The notes beneath the pieces are model-generated. The model did not search any database and was not told the origin of the DNA. It saw nothing but the letters and a program-made list of their open reading frames with translations. Made by a program: the position numbers and the translations under genes. This document shows positions 26,764-36,643 of a DNA stretch of 64,000 nt, piece after piece (the first letter of the stretch is position 1; each line of letters starts with the position of its first letter). The DNA lies in assembly GCA_963669175.1 (NCBI GenBank), contig OY769902.1, positions 2,784,001-2,848,000 on the forward strand, given 5' to 3'. This DNA comes from a bacterium. Lineage in GTDB: Bacteria > Electryoneota > Electryoneia > Electryoneales > Electryoneaceae.

Positions 26764-28923
26764 ATGCCTGAAGCTCAAAGCGTCTCATACCTCTCAACCG
26801 AGGATCGGCTGCAACGATCTCCCTGGTTGAACAAACTATTGTCGAGAAGTGATATCGGACTGGCTATCGCTGTTGTTGGCGTAGTCATTCTGATGATCAT
26901 CCCGATTCCTTCGGCGCTGCTTGACATCCTCATCGCGATCAATATCTGTATCGCCCTGATTGTGTTGATGGTGGCCATGTACACCGAACGATCCCTGGAC
27001 TTCAGCGTATTCCCCGGCATGTTGCTGGTTACCACCATGTTTCGCCTTGGTATCAACGTGGCTTCCACACGTATGATCCTGGGCAGCGCCTATGCAGGTG
27101 ATATCATCGAGGCGTTCGGTGGGTTTGTTATCAGCGGCAACTACATTGTCGGTATTGTCATCTTCCTGATTCTTGTCATCATTAACTTGCAGGTCATTAC
27201 GAAAGGTTCCGGACGTATCGCCGAAGTCGCGGCAAGGTTTACCCTGGACGCCATGCCCGGTAAACAATTGGCCGTTGACGCAGACTTGAACAACGGCATC
27301 ATTTCGGAAGATGAGGCCCGGAAGCGGCGTGACGATATCCGCCGTGAAGCAGACTTTTACGGCGCTATGGACGGCGCCGCGAAGTTCGTGCGTGGTGATG
27401 CAACCGCAGGCTTGATCATTACTGCAATCAACATTGTCGGTGGTATCGCAATCGGGATGTGGCAGTTGGATATGCCATTCCGTGATGCCTTGAACACGTA
27501 TACCATCCTGACGGTTGGTGACGGTCTGGTCAGCCAGATTCCAGCCCTGGTCATTTCTACAGCAGCAGGTATTATTGTCGCACGCGCCGCATCGGAAATG
27601 AACCTGGGGCGTGAATTTACCGGGCAATTGCTGGTAAGACCGCGGCCGGTGGCGATTGTGTCTGGCGTGCTGGCGTTCTTCGCTATCATTCCCGGACTTC
27701 CCACAATCCCATTCGCTCTTCTGTCCGCAACAACTGCTTTTATCGCCTGGAAAACAGCGGCAACTCAAAAAGCTGCATCCCAGGAAATTGCGAAAGTTGA
27801 AGCGGAGGCCAAACCGAAGGCCAAGGAAGCGGACAAGATTGAGGATTATCTTTATATCGATCCCATGGAGCTGGAGATCGGGTACACCCTGATCCCCCTG
27901 ATTGACAGCGATCAGGAAGGCGATCTGCTGAGTCGGATAACCATGATCCGCAAGCAACAGGCGATCCAGATGGGTATCGTGGTGCCGCCCATCCGTATTC
28001 GTGACAATATCCAGCTCAAACCGACAGAATACGTGGTAAAAATTCGCGGGAATGAAGTCGCTCGTGGTGAACTGAAGATGGGATCGCTGCTGGCGCTTAA
28101 TCCGGGCAACGCCACAGAAAAGATGGAAGGCATTCCAACACGTGAGCCGACCTATGGCCTGCCTGCGCTCTGGATCAAACAGAAGCAGCGTGACAGGGCG
28201 GAGGCCGCAGGGTATACTGTCGTTGAGCCTACGGCTGTGCTGGCGACACACCTTGTTGAAGTTGTCAAGGCGAATTCGCATAAACTGCTTAGTCGCAAAG
28301 ATGTGAACAATCTGATTGATAACCTCAAGCAGGACAATCCGACCGTGGTAGAGGAGTTGATTCCGAACCTGATGACCATTGGCGGAGTTCACAAAGCATT
28401 GCAGAAGCTCTTGAGAGAATCCATTCCTATCCGTGACCTTGGTACTATCATGGAAACGCTTTCTGATTATGCGCCGATGACCAAGGATACGGATATCCTG
28501 GTTGAATATGTGCGCTATGCCATGTCGCCGACCATTACCCAGAAATTCCTGGAAGACGATGGCAAGATATACGCGTTAACCCTGGACCCTGAAGTTGAAA
28601 ACTCATTAAGCGACGCTGCGCAACGGTCACAGGGGCGAGGGTTGCATCTTGGAGTTGTCGATTTGCCACCGCAGATTATCAACGGGATTTATACCAGCTT
28701 ATCCAGGCTTGTAGACCAGATGACCGCGTCCGGGAGACAGCCGATGGTGGTAACGTCTCCTGCTGTCAGACAAGTGTTCCGTCGTCTGATTGAGCCTGTT
28801 ATGCCGCAAGTGGTTGTACTATCTTACGGAGAATTGTTAGTTAATGTTCAGGTTGAGTCCCTTGGGACGGTTGCATTGCAGAAACCGGCGAAACCAGGGG
28901 AGGGGCAAAACAAACAGCGGTAA
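26764..28923 (+). CDS. flhA: Flagellar export protein FlhA
   Basis: RIAEVAARFTLDAMPGKQ, FYGAMDGAAKFVRGD, TVGDGLVSQIPAL. Confidence 0.98.
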   Translation: MPEAQSVSYLSTEDRLQRSPWLNKLLSRSDIGLAIAVVGVVILMIIPIPSALLDILIAINICIALIVLMVAMYTERSLDFSVFPGMLLVTTMFRLGINVASTRMILGSAYAGDIIEAFGGFVISGNYIVGIVIFLILVIINLQVITKGSGRIAEVAARFTLDAMPGKQLAVDADLNNGIISEDEARKRRDDIRREADFYGAMDGAAKFVRGDATAGLIITAINIVGGIAIGMWQLDMPFRDALNTYTILTVGDGLVSQIPALVISTAAGIIVARAASEMNLGREFTGQLLVRPRPVAIVSGVLAFFAIIPGLPTIPFALLSATTAFIAWKTAATQKAASQEIAKVEAEAKPKAKEADKIEDYLYIDPMELEIGYTLIPLIDSDQEGDLLSRITMIRKQQAIQMGIVVPPIRIRDNIQLKPTEYVVKIRGNEVARGELKMGSLLALNPGNATEKMEGIPTREPTYGLPALWIKQKQRDRAEAAGYTVVEPTAVLATHLVEVVKANSHKLLSRKDVNNLIDNLKQDNPTVVEELIPNLMTIGGVHKALQKLLRESIPIRDLGTIMETLSDYAPMTKDTDILVEYVRYAMSPTITQKFLEDDGKIYALTLDPEVENSLSDAAQRSQGRGLHLGVVDLPPQIINGIYTSLSRLVDQMTASGRQPMVVTSPAVRQVFRRLIEPVMPQVVVLSYGELLVNVQVESLGTVALQKPAKPGEGQNKQR

Positions 28924-28996
28924 GCAGAAGAACGTGTAGCCGTCTACAGTTGTGGCAGCAACGGGACTTCTACCGCATGTGTCAGCGGAATAGACC

Positions 28997-30304
28997 ATGA
29001 TCATCAAAAAATTTGTTGCGGAAACCATGCCTGAAGCCCTGCAACAGGTAAAGCAGGAGCTGGGTGAAGATGCTGTGATTCTCCAGTCACGGAAGGTGGA
29101 GAAGGGTGGCCTGCTCAGCTTTATGGGCAAACAGATGATCGAGGTTACGGCAGCGACTCCAGATGAACATGTTCCACAGTCAATCCAGAACATGAAGCTC
29201 GACCCAAGGCGTAAAAAGACTCTGGAAAGAAGCAGTGTATCCAGAGATGCAGATACTGAAACGCCCGAGCAGTGGACTTCACAAAAAGCTTCTAATCCTG
29301 CGGAAAGACTGGTCAACGATACCGAGAGTTGGGTAAAAGATCGGAATAAAGCCAGCCAGCGTCCCGCGAAACATGATGTATCTGCGCAGGATGTGCAATC
29401 TGAGATCAGCGAATTGCGTCAATCCATACGCGATCTGGCGACTCATCTGAAATATAAAAATGCCCCCAGCTTACCGGAAAAACTGAAACAGCGATGGCTG
29501 AACCTGGTTGAGAATGGGGTTAGCGAGGAAAAAGCTCACGATATCACTCAAAAGCTGCATATTGATCTGAAGGGCGATGAGCTTGATAACGATGATGTAA
29601 TCGGTCCGGCGTTGTTGAAAATGCTGGCAGAACAGTTTAAAACCGGGCGAATTTCCTCACATCAGCATAGCGAAAGACCTTTGGTTGTGGCGCTCATCGG
29701 ACCTACAGGAGTGGGGAAGACTACCACGCTTGCGAAGATGGCGACCAACCGTAAGATATATGGTGGTAGAAATGTCGGGCTGATTTCCACAGACACATAC
29801 CGTGTCGCGGCGGTGGAGCAGTTGCAGACATTTGCCGGCATTGCCGGGGTTTCCATGGATGTAGTCTATCGACCGGAAGAGCTGCCCAAGGCGATCCGAA
29901 GGCAGCAGGGCAAAGAGGTTATTCTGATTGATACGGCCGGGCGTAGCCAGAACGATTCCGGAGCCTTACTGGAGTTAAAGGAATTCATGGATGCCGCCCA
30001 GCCGGATGAAGTTGTCCTGGTATTATCTGCCGGGACCAGGATAGAAGACCAGCGTGAAGTGGTACGTCGATTCGGAATTGTCCCCTGTTCCAGGGTGGTA
30101 TTGACCAAACTGGATGAAATCGTAACACCGGGGCACCTTTTGGATCTTGCTGGTGTACTTCCACGACAGTGGGTATTTCTGACAACCGGTCAGAATGTGC
30201 CGGACGATATAATCCCTGCCGACGAGGAATTGCTGGCAAAGATCGTTTCAAGCAAAAGCTTCTTCCAGGAATTGCGGCGGGATGAGTTCAGCTATGTGTC
30301 CTAG
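28997..30304 (+). CDS. flhF: SRP-type GTPase FlhF
   Basis: MIIKKFVAETMPEAL..ELGEDAVIL, GPTGVGKTTT, DTYR, DTAGR, TKLDE, GQNVPDD. Confidence 0.97.
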   Translation: MIIKKFVAETMPEALQQVKQELGEDAVILQSRKVEKGGLLSFMGKQMIEVTAATPDEHVPQSIQNMKLDPRRKKTLERSSVSRDADTETPEQWTSQKASNPAERLVNDTESWVKDRNKASQRPAKHDVSAQDVQSEISELRQSIRDLATHLKYKNAPSLPEKLKQRWLNLVENGVSEEKAHDITQKLHIDLKGDELDNDDVIGPALLKMLAEQFKTGRISSHQHSERPLVVALIGPTGVGKTTTLAKMATNRKIYGGRNVGLISTDTYRVAAVEQLQTFAGIAGVSMDVVYRPEELPKAIRRQQGKEVILIDTAGRSQNDSGALLELKEFMDAAQPDEVVLVLSAGTRIEDQREVVRRFGIVPCSRVVLTKLDEIVTPGHLLDLAGVLPRQWVFLTTGQNVPDDIIPADEELLAKIVSSKSFFQELRRDEFSYVS

Positions 30305-30459
30305 ATTTCTTTAAAGGATTCAAAACAGAGTTCAGATTGCTCAGCAAGACTATTTTTCGAACATTTCCACAATTGAATAAAACCTTGTTTTTTGTATATT
30401 TGAATGTGCGAACAGGAAATACAGGGATTGGTAGCTATACAGTGATAAGGAACAAATAG

Positions 30460-31350
30460 ATGCCTTCTGATCAGGCTGAACCACTTCGGCAACAGGCACG
30501 CAGGATGAGTTCGCCGCGACGGCAGGGGCCGGATTCTTCCGGGAAGCCCCGTGCGCGACGAATTGCAGTTACGTCAGGTAAAGGTGGGGTAGGCAAGTCC
30601 AACGTCAGCCTGAATATGGCAATTGCGTTTGGCAAGCTGGGGCAGAAGGTTCTCCTGGTAGATGCTGATACGAACCTCGCCAATCTGGACATCCTGCTGG
30701 GGCTGAAAATTCGTGCCACCCTGTATGATGTGGTTGCAGGTGACGCTTATTTCAGTGAAGTTCTTGTAAATGGACCTGAAGGGATTAAAATATTGCCGGG
30801 CAGCTCTGGTGTCGTGGATATGCTTGATCGCGACAGCGAAGTTCGTAACAAACTGATCGCAGCCTTTGAGGAATTTGAACGCTTGTACGATATCATCCTG
30901 ATTGATACCGGGGCGGGTCTGTCCGAGAATGTTATGCAGTTTGTCATAGGCGCGGACGATGTGATACTGGTTACCAATTCAGAACCTACTTCAATCACAG
31001 ACGCCTATGCTATGATAAAAGTAGCGATTACGCGAAATCCAGTATTGAAGATTCATGTTCTCATTAACTTGGCGCAACGGCAGCGCGATGCAATGGATAC
31101 ATTTGAAAAATTGCAACTTGCGGTAAGGAATTTTCTGCAAGTCCATGTCGATTTGATGGGATATCTTCCGGTTGATCCCAATGTGCCGGTGGCTGTAGCC
31201 AGGCAGGAACCATTTATCACGCTTTTCCCCCGCAGCCCGGCAACCACAGCCATGATGATGATGGCAAGGAAGTACATGAAGATGCCGGTTCAGCAGGGAG
31301 ATCGTGCGAATTTCCTGCAACGTATCTTCTCAAGCCGGGGTGAAGAGTGA
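30460..31350 (+). CDS. flhG: MinD-like ATPase FlhG/FleN
   Basis: DQAEPLR N-terminal motif, SGKGGVGKS, DTGAG, EPTSITDAYA. Confidence 0.96.
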   Translation: MPSDQAEPLRQQARRMSSPRRQGPDSSGKPRARRIAVTSGKGGVGKSNVSLNMAIAFGKLGQKVLLVDADTNLANLDILLGLKIRATLYDVVAGDAYFSEVLVNGPEGIKILPGSSGVVDMLDRDSEVRNKLIAAFEEFERLYDIILIDTGAGLSENVMQFVIGADDVILVTNSEPTSITDAYAMIKVAITRNPVLKIHVLINLAQRQRDAMDTFEKLQLAVRNFLQVHVDLMGYLPVDPNVPVAVARQEPFITLFPRSPATTAMMMMARKYMKMPVQQGDRANFLQRIFSSRGEE

Positions 31351-31664
31351 ACAAAAGCGGATGGAGATACATCAGTCAAACGATAGGCTTTGCACTGCTG
31401 TTTGCGGTGACAGCCTGGAATCTTCATCTGGGAAAAGACATCCTGATGTCCTTTTTCTGGGGCGGAGTGGTATACTTCGTTTTCCAGATTATCAGTACGG
31501 TTACCTCAAGTGTCATTGCACGCTTATTACATGATTACGAAGTAAAGAGAATCCAGGATGAAGCTGTGGAAGCCGCAGCGCTGGAGGAAGAGGAGGAAGA
31601 GGAAGCCTATCGTCAATCCCAGGAAAGAAACAATACTGAAGCATCCGGAGCAGTGAAGTCATGA
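31347..31664 (+). CDS. Hypothetical two-TM membrane protein with acidic tail
   Basis: Overlaps the flhG stop and the fliA start (translational coupling); two hydrophobic segments. Confidence 0.7.
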   Translation: MNKSGWRYISQTIGFALLFAVTAWNLHLGKDILMSFFWGGVVYFVFQIISTVTSSVIARLLHDYEVKRIQDEAVEAAALEEEEEEEAYRQSQERNNTEASGAVKS

Positions 31665-32455
31665 CAGTAGCCGAATTGGCAAAGATGGAGATCGAACAGC
31701 TTTGGAATCTGTACTCCACGGAAGGACAACAAACGATCAAAGATGAGTTGGTCGTTCGTTACATTCCTTTGGTGCAGCAGGTTGCCGGCCGTTTGAAGAT
31801 CGGTCTGCCCAATTCGGTCGAGTTGGATGAACTGGTGAATTCCGGGATTATCGGCCTGATAGCCTCAATAGACAACTTCGAACCGGATCGAGGATTCAAG
31901 TTCGAAACCTTCGCTGTGGCCCGCATTCGTGGGAGTATTCTCGACTCATTACGCGATTACGACTGGATGCCCCGTTCTATCCGGACAAAGGTAAAAACCC
32001 TTGAAGCTGCACTTGTAAAACTTGAAGGTAAACTGGGGCGCGTGCCGTCTGATGAAGAGATCTGCGCCCTGCTGGAAATAGACCTGGATACCTATTACCA
32101 GATGCTCGATGAAGTGAAAGTCGCTTCGATTTTATCCCTGGACCAACCTTTCCACACACCGGACGGTGAAACCAGCTCAATGTCTGAGTTATTGGAAGAT
32201 GAAGACAGCCCGGATGTGAATGGCGACATTGAATGGGAAGAAGCTAAACGTCTGACAAAAAAACTGATAGAAGCCCTGAGTCAGCAAGAACGCTTGGTCG
32301 TTGCACTCTATTACTATGAAGAACTTACACTTAGAGAAGTAGGTGAGGTTCTGGGAATCAGTGAATCACGTGTCTCACAAATTCACAGCAAGATTATGCT
32401 GACCCTGAAAGGGAAGCTGAAACTCTTACTGGAGTCACGTGGCCGGAAGCGTTGA
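31661..32455 (+). CDS. fliA: RNA polymerase sigma factor sigma28 (FliA/WhiG)
   Basis: RGFKFETFAVARIRGSILDSLR..DWMPRS, LYYYEELTLREVGEVLGISESRVSQIH. Confidence 0.97.
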   Translation: MTVAELAKMEIEQLWNLYSTEGQQTIKDELVVRYIPLVQQVAGRLKIGLPNSVELDELVNSGIIGLIASIDNFEPDRGFKFETFAVARIRGSILDSLRDYDWMPRSIRTKVKTLEAALVKLEGKLGRVPSDEEICALLEIDLDTYYQMLDEVKVASILSLDQPFHTPDGETSSMSELLEDEDSPDVNGDIEWEEAKRLTKKLIEALSQQERLVVALYYYEELTLREVGEVLGISESRVSQIHSKIMLTLKGKLKLLLESRGRKR

Positions 32456-32565
32456 ATTCCCCTGCAATGAAAGAAAAACTTGGTGGAAGCGAATTGATTG
32501 GGCGGATTTTTCTGCCCATATTTCGTTTTATAGGGTATAAGTTTTTGGTTCAGTGCGAGGTCAGG

Positions 32566-32925
32566 ATGGTTCGACCGCTCTATCTCCAGGATAATTTTGG
32601 CAAAACGATGGTCACGCATGAGGTTTTTGACCGCATGACCGAAGGTGCAGCCAAAATGCGGAACCAGGAACTCGCTGCGATGATGCAGGAAATGGAGCGA
32701 AAGCAGAAAGAGCTCGCGACTGTTCTCGATAAAAAAGAAGAAACGAAATCAATCAGGGATGAGCGACCTGATCAGCGACAGAAACAGAAGCGCAGGCGAC
32801 GTTCCCAATCTGACCGGAACAACAATGAACAGGAAGAATTCGAAGATGAGCATGAACAGGAGTTACGGCTTCGAAAGCCCGAAGATGATGATGGCAAAGG
32901 TGGAAAGATAGACATAAAGGGGTAA
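32566..32925 (+). CDS. Hypothetical flagellar-region protein (MVRPLYLQ...GKGGKIDIKG)
   Basis: GAGG SD before ATG 32566; charged coiled-coil body; terminal GxxIDxx motif; follows fliA. Confidence 0.65.
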   Translation: MVRPLYLQDNFGKTMVTHEVFDRMTEGAAKMRNQELAAMMQEMERKQKELATVLDKKEETKSIRDERPDQRQKQKRRRRSQSDRNNNEQEEFEDEHEQELRLRKPEDDDGKGGKIDIKG

Positions 32926-32940
32926 TCCCGGGGAGAAATT

Positions 32941-33804
32941 GTGCGGGACGAGATTCAGCAGATGATTCAGGGGGAAGAGGAGATTCCACCGCTTCCTGAA
33001 GCAGCGCTGCAGGTCCAGGCGCTGATTGATGATCCGAACATTACTGCACGTGAGCTGGCGACGGTAATATCTTCGGATTCCACGCTTACTGCTCGTTTGC
33101 TCAAACATGCGAATTCATCGTTTTACGGTTTCCCGAAAGCCATAGGTACGGTTCCTTTGGCTGTTGTTGTGCTTGGGTTTGACGCCGTTCGTGAGATTGT
33201 CGTAGGCACAAGCGTGACAGACGTTGCTTTTAAAGCATTTGAACAATCGTTGATAGAATCCCGCAAGTTCTGGTCACATAGCCTGGCTGTTGGTGTTGGC
33301 GCCCGGATTATTGCCCAGCGTTGGCGTACCGGGCTGCCCGGAGAAGCTTTTGTCGCAGGTTTGTTGCATGATATTGGTCGATTGCTGCTTGCTTCCAAAT
33401 ACCCCGATCAGTATGCGAAAGTTGTCCATGCCGCCAAGTTTGAAGAGCAGTATACCCATGAAGCGGAACGTATCCAATTCGATACGGATCATGCCGAAGT
33501 TATCGGCTGGCTGATGGAACGGTGGCAGTTCCCGGAACAGATTCGACTGGCTGCCAGTGGTCATCATGACAAGGTTGAAGAGTTCGAAGAAAGCCTGAAG
33601 CAGACTGTTATCCTGGCCAACTGGCTTGCGCATCGCTCGGGCTATAACCACGGTGTAGATGGCACCAAACCTCCAACACCCACGCCAATAATTAAAGCGT
33701 TACCGGGTTTTGATGAACGTGAAGTTCGCAACGAAATGACTGATATGTACCGGAAAGCTATTGAAATGCTGGATATGATCACGGCGAAATTGCCGGATGA
33801 ATAG
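32941..33804 (+). CDS. HDOD domain protein
   Basis: IPPLP, D..LTARLLKHANSSFYG, AVVVLG, FWSHSLAV, AFVAGLLHDIGRL, DHAEV..WQFP. Confidence 0.93.
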   Translation: MRDEIQQMIQGEEEIPPLPEAALQVQALIDDPNITARELATVISSDSTLTARLLKHANSSFYGFPKAIGTVPLAVVVLGFDAVREIVVGTSVTDVAFKAFEQSLIESRKFWSHSLAVGVGARIIAQRWRTGLPGEAFVAGLLHDIGRLLLASKYPDQYAKVVHAAKFEEQYTHEAERIQFDTDHAEVIGWLMERWQFPEQIRLAASGHHDKVEEFEESLKQTVILANWLAHRSGYNHGVDGTKPPTPTPIIKALPGFDEREVRNEMTDMYRKAIEMLDMITAKLPDE

Positions 33805-33856
33805 ACCGGTAAAAACCAGGAACGCTGAAACGTATCCCGGTTAAATCTGGCAACGG

Positions 33857-35041
33857 ATGGAGTTGGAGGTGGAAGACAAGAAAAGCCTGAACGAACTGAT
33901 CGCTTTCCAGCAGCTTTCTGAGCAGATTCGGGTAAACCCGGATCCTGAGGGGGTTGCTACTGCTTTGTGTAACCTGATTCGCAGGCTGATAAAAGTCGAA
34001 AGTATCGGGCTTTACGTTTTTCAGGAAAGGCCGTCCGCATTTGTGCCGGTTGGGCTCGATTCGTTGGAATTGCTGGACCTTGCCGTGTCATTGAACGAAG
34101 ATGGCGTGGTTGACTGGGTATTTCAGCAGGAACGTCCGGTTTTCTCAGATACGACCTCGTCTTTCAGTATCGCTCAACCCTTAAAGACAGATGTGCTTCT
34201 GCTCGTTCCCCTGATGGTCGGGGACAAGCGAGTTGGTATGTTGTTCGCCGAACTGGGACAACCCGGCGATGAAATATCTCAATTCCGGCAGACGTTGGTT
34301 TTTATGGCTGCCAGCCAGGCGGCAGTTGCGATCAAACATGCTCAGGATTACAGCGAGACAGAGAAGAACAAGACGTATCTTGACCGCATCCTGCAAACGG
34401 TGGATGATATCATCTTTTCCACCGATCCTGCCGGGATGATCACGTTTATCAATGACAAAGTGGACCGTTTCGGCTATCGTCCCGCTCAGTTGATCGGCAA
34501 ACCGATCTACATGGTCATCCCGATTTCGATTGATGAAGGCCGTACGGTTGAAGTATTGCAGAAGGGAAAATCGTTTGATTATGAGACCGAGATAAACCTG
34601 CCGGACGATACATCGGCATGGTTCTCGATCAACCAAGTGCCGCTACGTGGCTCTGACAGAGAAATTACAGGTTGCCTGGGAATCATGCGCGATATTACGA
34701 CCAGGAGACTTCTGGAACATGAGCTGGTCCGAAGTAAACGGCTGGAAGCGTTGACAGAAGCCGCGATCAGTATCAGGCATGAATTCAACAATCCTTTGAC
34801 TGTGATCAAGGGAAACCTGTATTTGTTGTCCAGTCTTATGCCTCTGGATGAGAATCCGCAATTGAAAACGGTGATTGAAACACTCACCAAGCACTCCAAC
34901 CGGCTGGCGGAGGTGGTGAAGAAGTTCGATAATATAGAAGCAATCGAGACGACAGATTATCATGGCGAGATCAGGATGTTAAACCTGAATAACTATGCAA
35001 ACGACCCAAATGCTGAAAGCAAACCCAAAAAGAAAGAGTAG
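33857..35041 (+). CDS. GAF-PAS-HisKA(DHp) protein lacking the ATPase domain
   Basis: GAF-like N-terminus, PAS/PAC (GMITFIN..GYRPAQLIGK..GIMRDITTRR), H-box RHEFNNPLT; protein ends ~80 aa later with no N/G boxes. Confidence 0.8.
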   Translation: MELEVEDKKSLNELIAFQQLSEQIRVNPDPEGVATALCNLIRRLIKVESIGLYVFQERPSAFVPVGLDSLELLDLAVSLNEDGVVDWVFQQERPVFSDTTSSFSIAQPLKTDVLLLVPLMVGDKRVGMLFAELGQPGDEISQFRQTLVFMAASQAAVAIKHAQDYSETEKNKTYLDRILQTVDDIIFSTDPAGMITFINDKVDRFGYRPAQLIGKPIYMVIPISIDEGRTVEVLQKGKSFDYETEINLPDDTSAWFSINQVPLRGSDREITGCLGIMRDITTRRLLEHELVRSKRLEALTEAAISIRHEFNNPLTVIKGNLYLLSSLMPLDENPQLKTVIETLTKHSNRLAEVVKKFDNIEAIETTDYHGEIRMLNLNNYANDPNAESKPKKKE

Positions 35042-35044
35042 CAG

Positions 35045-36643
35045 GTGAAGCAGGTATTGCGAGGTCCGGCCATAAGAGTGTTTTTCCTGGTTTCGGTAAT
35101 CCTGGGACTGGTCGGGAATTGCAATGCTGTAGAACTGCTTTCCAACCGGGTTGTTCCGCAGGCTGATGGCACTACCCTGATTGTCCTCACTTTTGACCAG
35201 GCAATTACGGCAGAACTGGCTGGAGAAGAAGGACGCATACTGACGCTGAACGTGTCCGACCTTCAAAGCAATAAATTCCAACCAGACACTGGCGGATTAA
35301 TCAGGAAAATTACTGTTTCAAAGGGCTCGGTTACCCTTCAGGCAACAAAGTTGGTTCATGCGGTTCGTTTTCCGGCTGGCGCAGGTGTAGTTGTACTGGA
35401 AATCAGACCTGGGCCAATTCCTGACCCGGACGCACCCGCCAAAAGGGTTGTAAAGGCAAGACCAAAACCCAAGCCGAAACCGGCGCCGGAACCTGAACTG
35501 GAGCCGGAAGAGCCTGATACTGCGATTGCGATGTTCTATACGAAACATTTTCCTGACCGGATTGAGGCTATCAGGGATTTGTATGAAGCCGGGTATGTGG
35601 ATCAGGCGTTTGATTCAATCCTCGCTTTTCCACCTCAGGATTCTCTTTACGGATGGAGTCGTATCCTCTGGGGCGATCTGCTGATCTTCAACCGTCAATT
35701 TGCCCAATCGCTGGCTCCCTATGGCGAAGCGCTCGACCAGGTGAAAACGCAGGAAGTTGCCGCCATTAAGATGGCTATGGTGTATCAGCTTCTCGACAAC
35801 GATTCCCTGTCGGGAATCATGTGGGAGAGAGCGCTGGCATACATGGCGGTCAAGGACAGCCTCGATCAACTTGCAGAGATTAAAAAACCCGTAAAGAAGG
35901 CTGGTGGTAAATTCCCCATCATCCCGGTCATTATTGGGATTATTGTTCTTGCACTGCTGGCTGGCGGATACCTGCTGATACGCTACCTGCAGAAGAAGCG
36001 GGTGGCGAAGATGATGGCGCTTCTCGATGAGGACGAAGGGCTCTATGCCGCCGATGAACCTTCACAAACAGGATTCAGGGACTATCCTGTGGATGATCTT
36101 GAAGCAGAACCGGTTCACTTTGAGGCGCGCAAAGAGGATGAAAGGGTTGGCGCTGGCAAGAGGGTGGCCGATCTTTACGAAGAAGATGAAAATCTGGTAA
36201 GTGAATTGAACATGTGGAACCAGGGATCAAAGGCTAAAGAAAAGCCGAAGTTCACCTGGAAAACCGGATCGGGCGAGATGTCCCTGGATGTGAGTGACCA
36301 TGATTACAGCCGGGAGCAGGATAGTGATTCTCCTCCTCCACAATCATCAGGGAATCCGACAATGCCGCAACTGCAGGAAGATCCGTTTGAAGACTCACAA
36401 CCTGTTGATCCTATATTTGACGATGATGATGATGTTGAACCAATCGTAAATCCCAACATGGCGTCCTGGGATCTGGAACCGGATGACAAAACCGCGAAGG
36501 TTCCGGTGGATAACACTCGTGACAGGATTATCGGGATGCACCGTAATGGCGTCTCTGTTCGTGAAATTGCGGAAACCCTGAAAATGGGACAGGATGAGGT
36601 GAAGACCATTTTAAGTCTTGCCGGCGAAGCGGTTAATGTTTGA
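35045..36643 (+). CDS. Hypothetical bitopic membrane protein (signal peptide, AMIN-like, TPR-like, TM, acidic linker, DUF6115/DUF2802-like HTH)
   Basis: N-terminal signal, PKPKPKP linker, helical repeats, TM IIPVIIGIIVLALLAGGYLLI, C-terminal GVSVREIAETLKMGQDEVKTILSL. Confidence 0.65.
   Translation: MKQVLRGPAIRVFFLVSVILGLVGNCNAVELLSNRVVPQADGTTLIVLTFDQAITAELAGEEGRILTLNVSDLQSNKFQPDTGGLIRKITVSKGSVTLQATKLVHAVRFPAGAGVVVLEIRPGPIPDPDAPAKRVVKARPKPKPKPAPEPELEPEEPDTAIAMFYTKHFPDRIEAIRDLYEAGYVDQAFDSILAFPPQDSLYGWSRILWGDLLIFNRQFAQSLAPYGEALDQVKTQEVAAIKMAMVYQLLDNDSLSGIMWERALAYMAVKDSLDQLAEIKKPVKKAGGKFPIIPVIIGIIVLALLAGGYLLIRYLQKKRVAKMMALLDEDEGLYAADEPSQTGFRDYPVDDLEAEPVHFEARKEDERVGAGKRVADLYEEDENLVSELNMWNQGSKAKEKPKFTWKTGSGEMSLDVSDHDYSREQDSDSPPPQSSGNPTMPQLQEDPFEDSQPVDPIFDDDDDVEPIVNPNMASWDLEPDDKTAKVPVDNTRDRIIGMHRNGVSVREIAETLKMGQDEVKTILSLAGEAVNV

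Noticed and set aside
26836-28392. 518-aa minus-strand ORF (and similar ones at 46568-47851, 50061-51095, 2718-3599, 24320-25177)
   Set aside because: Antisense shadows of well-supported + strand genes with no recognisable domains
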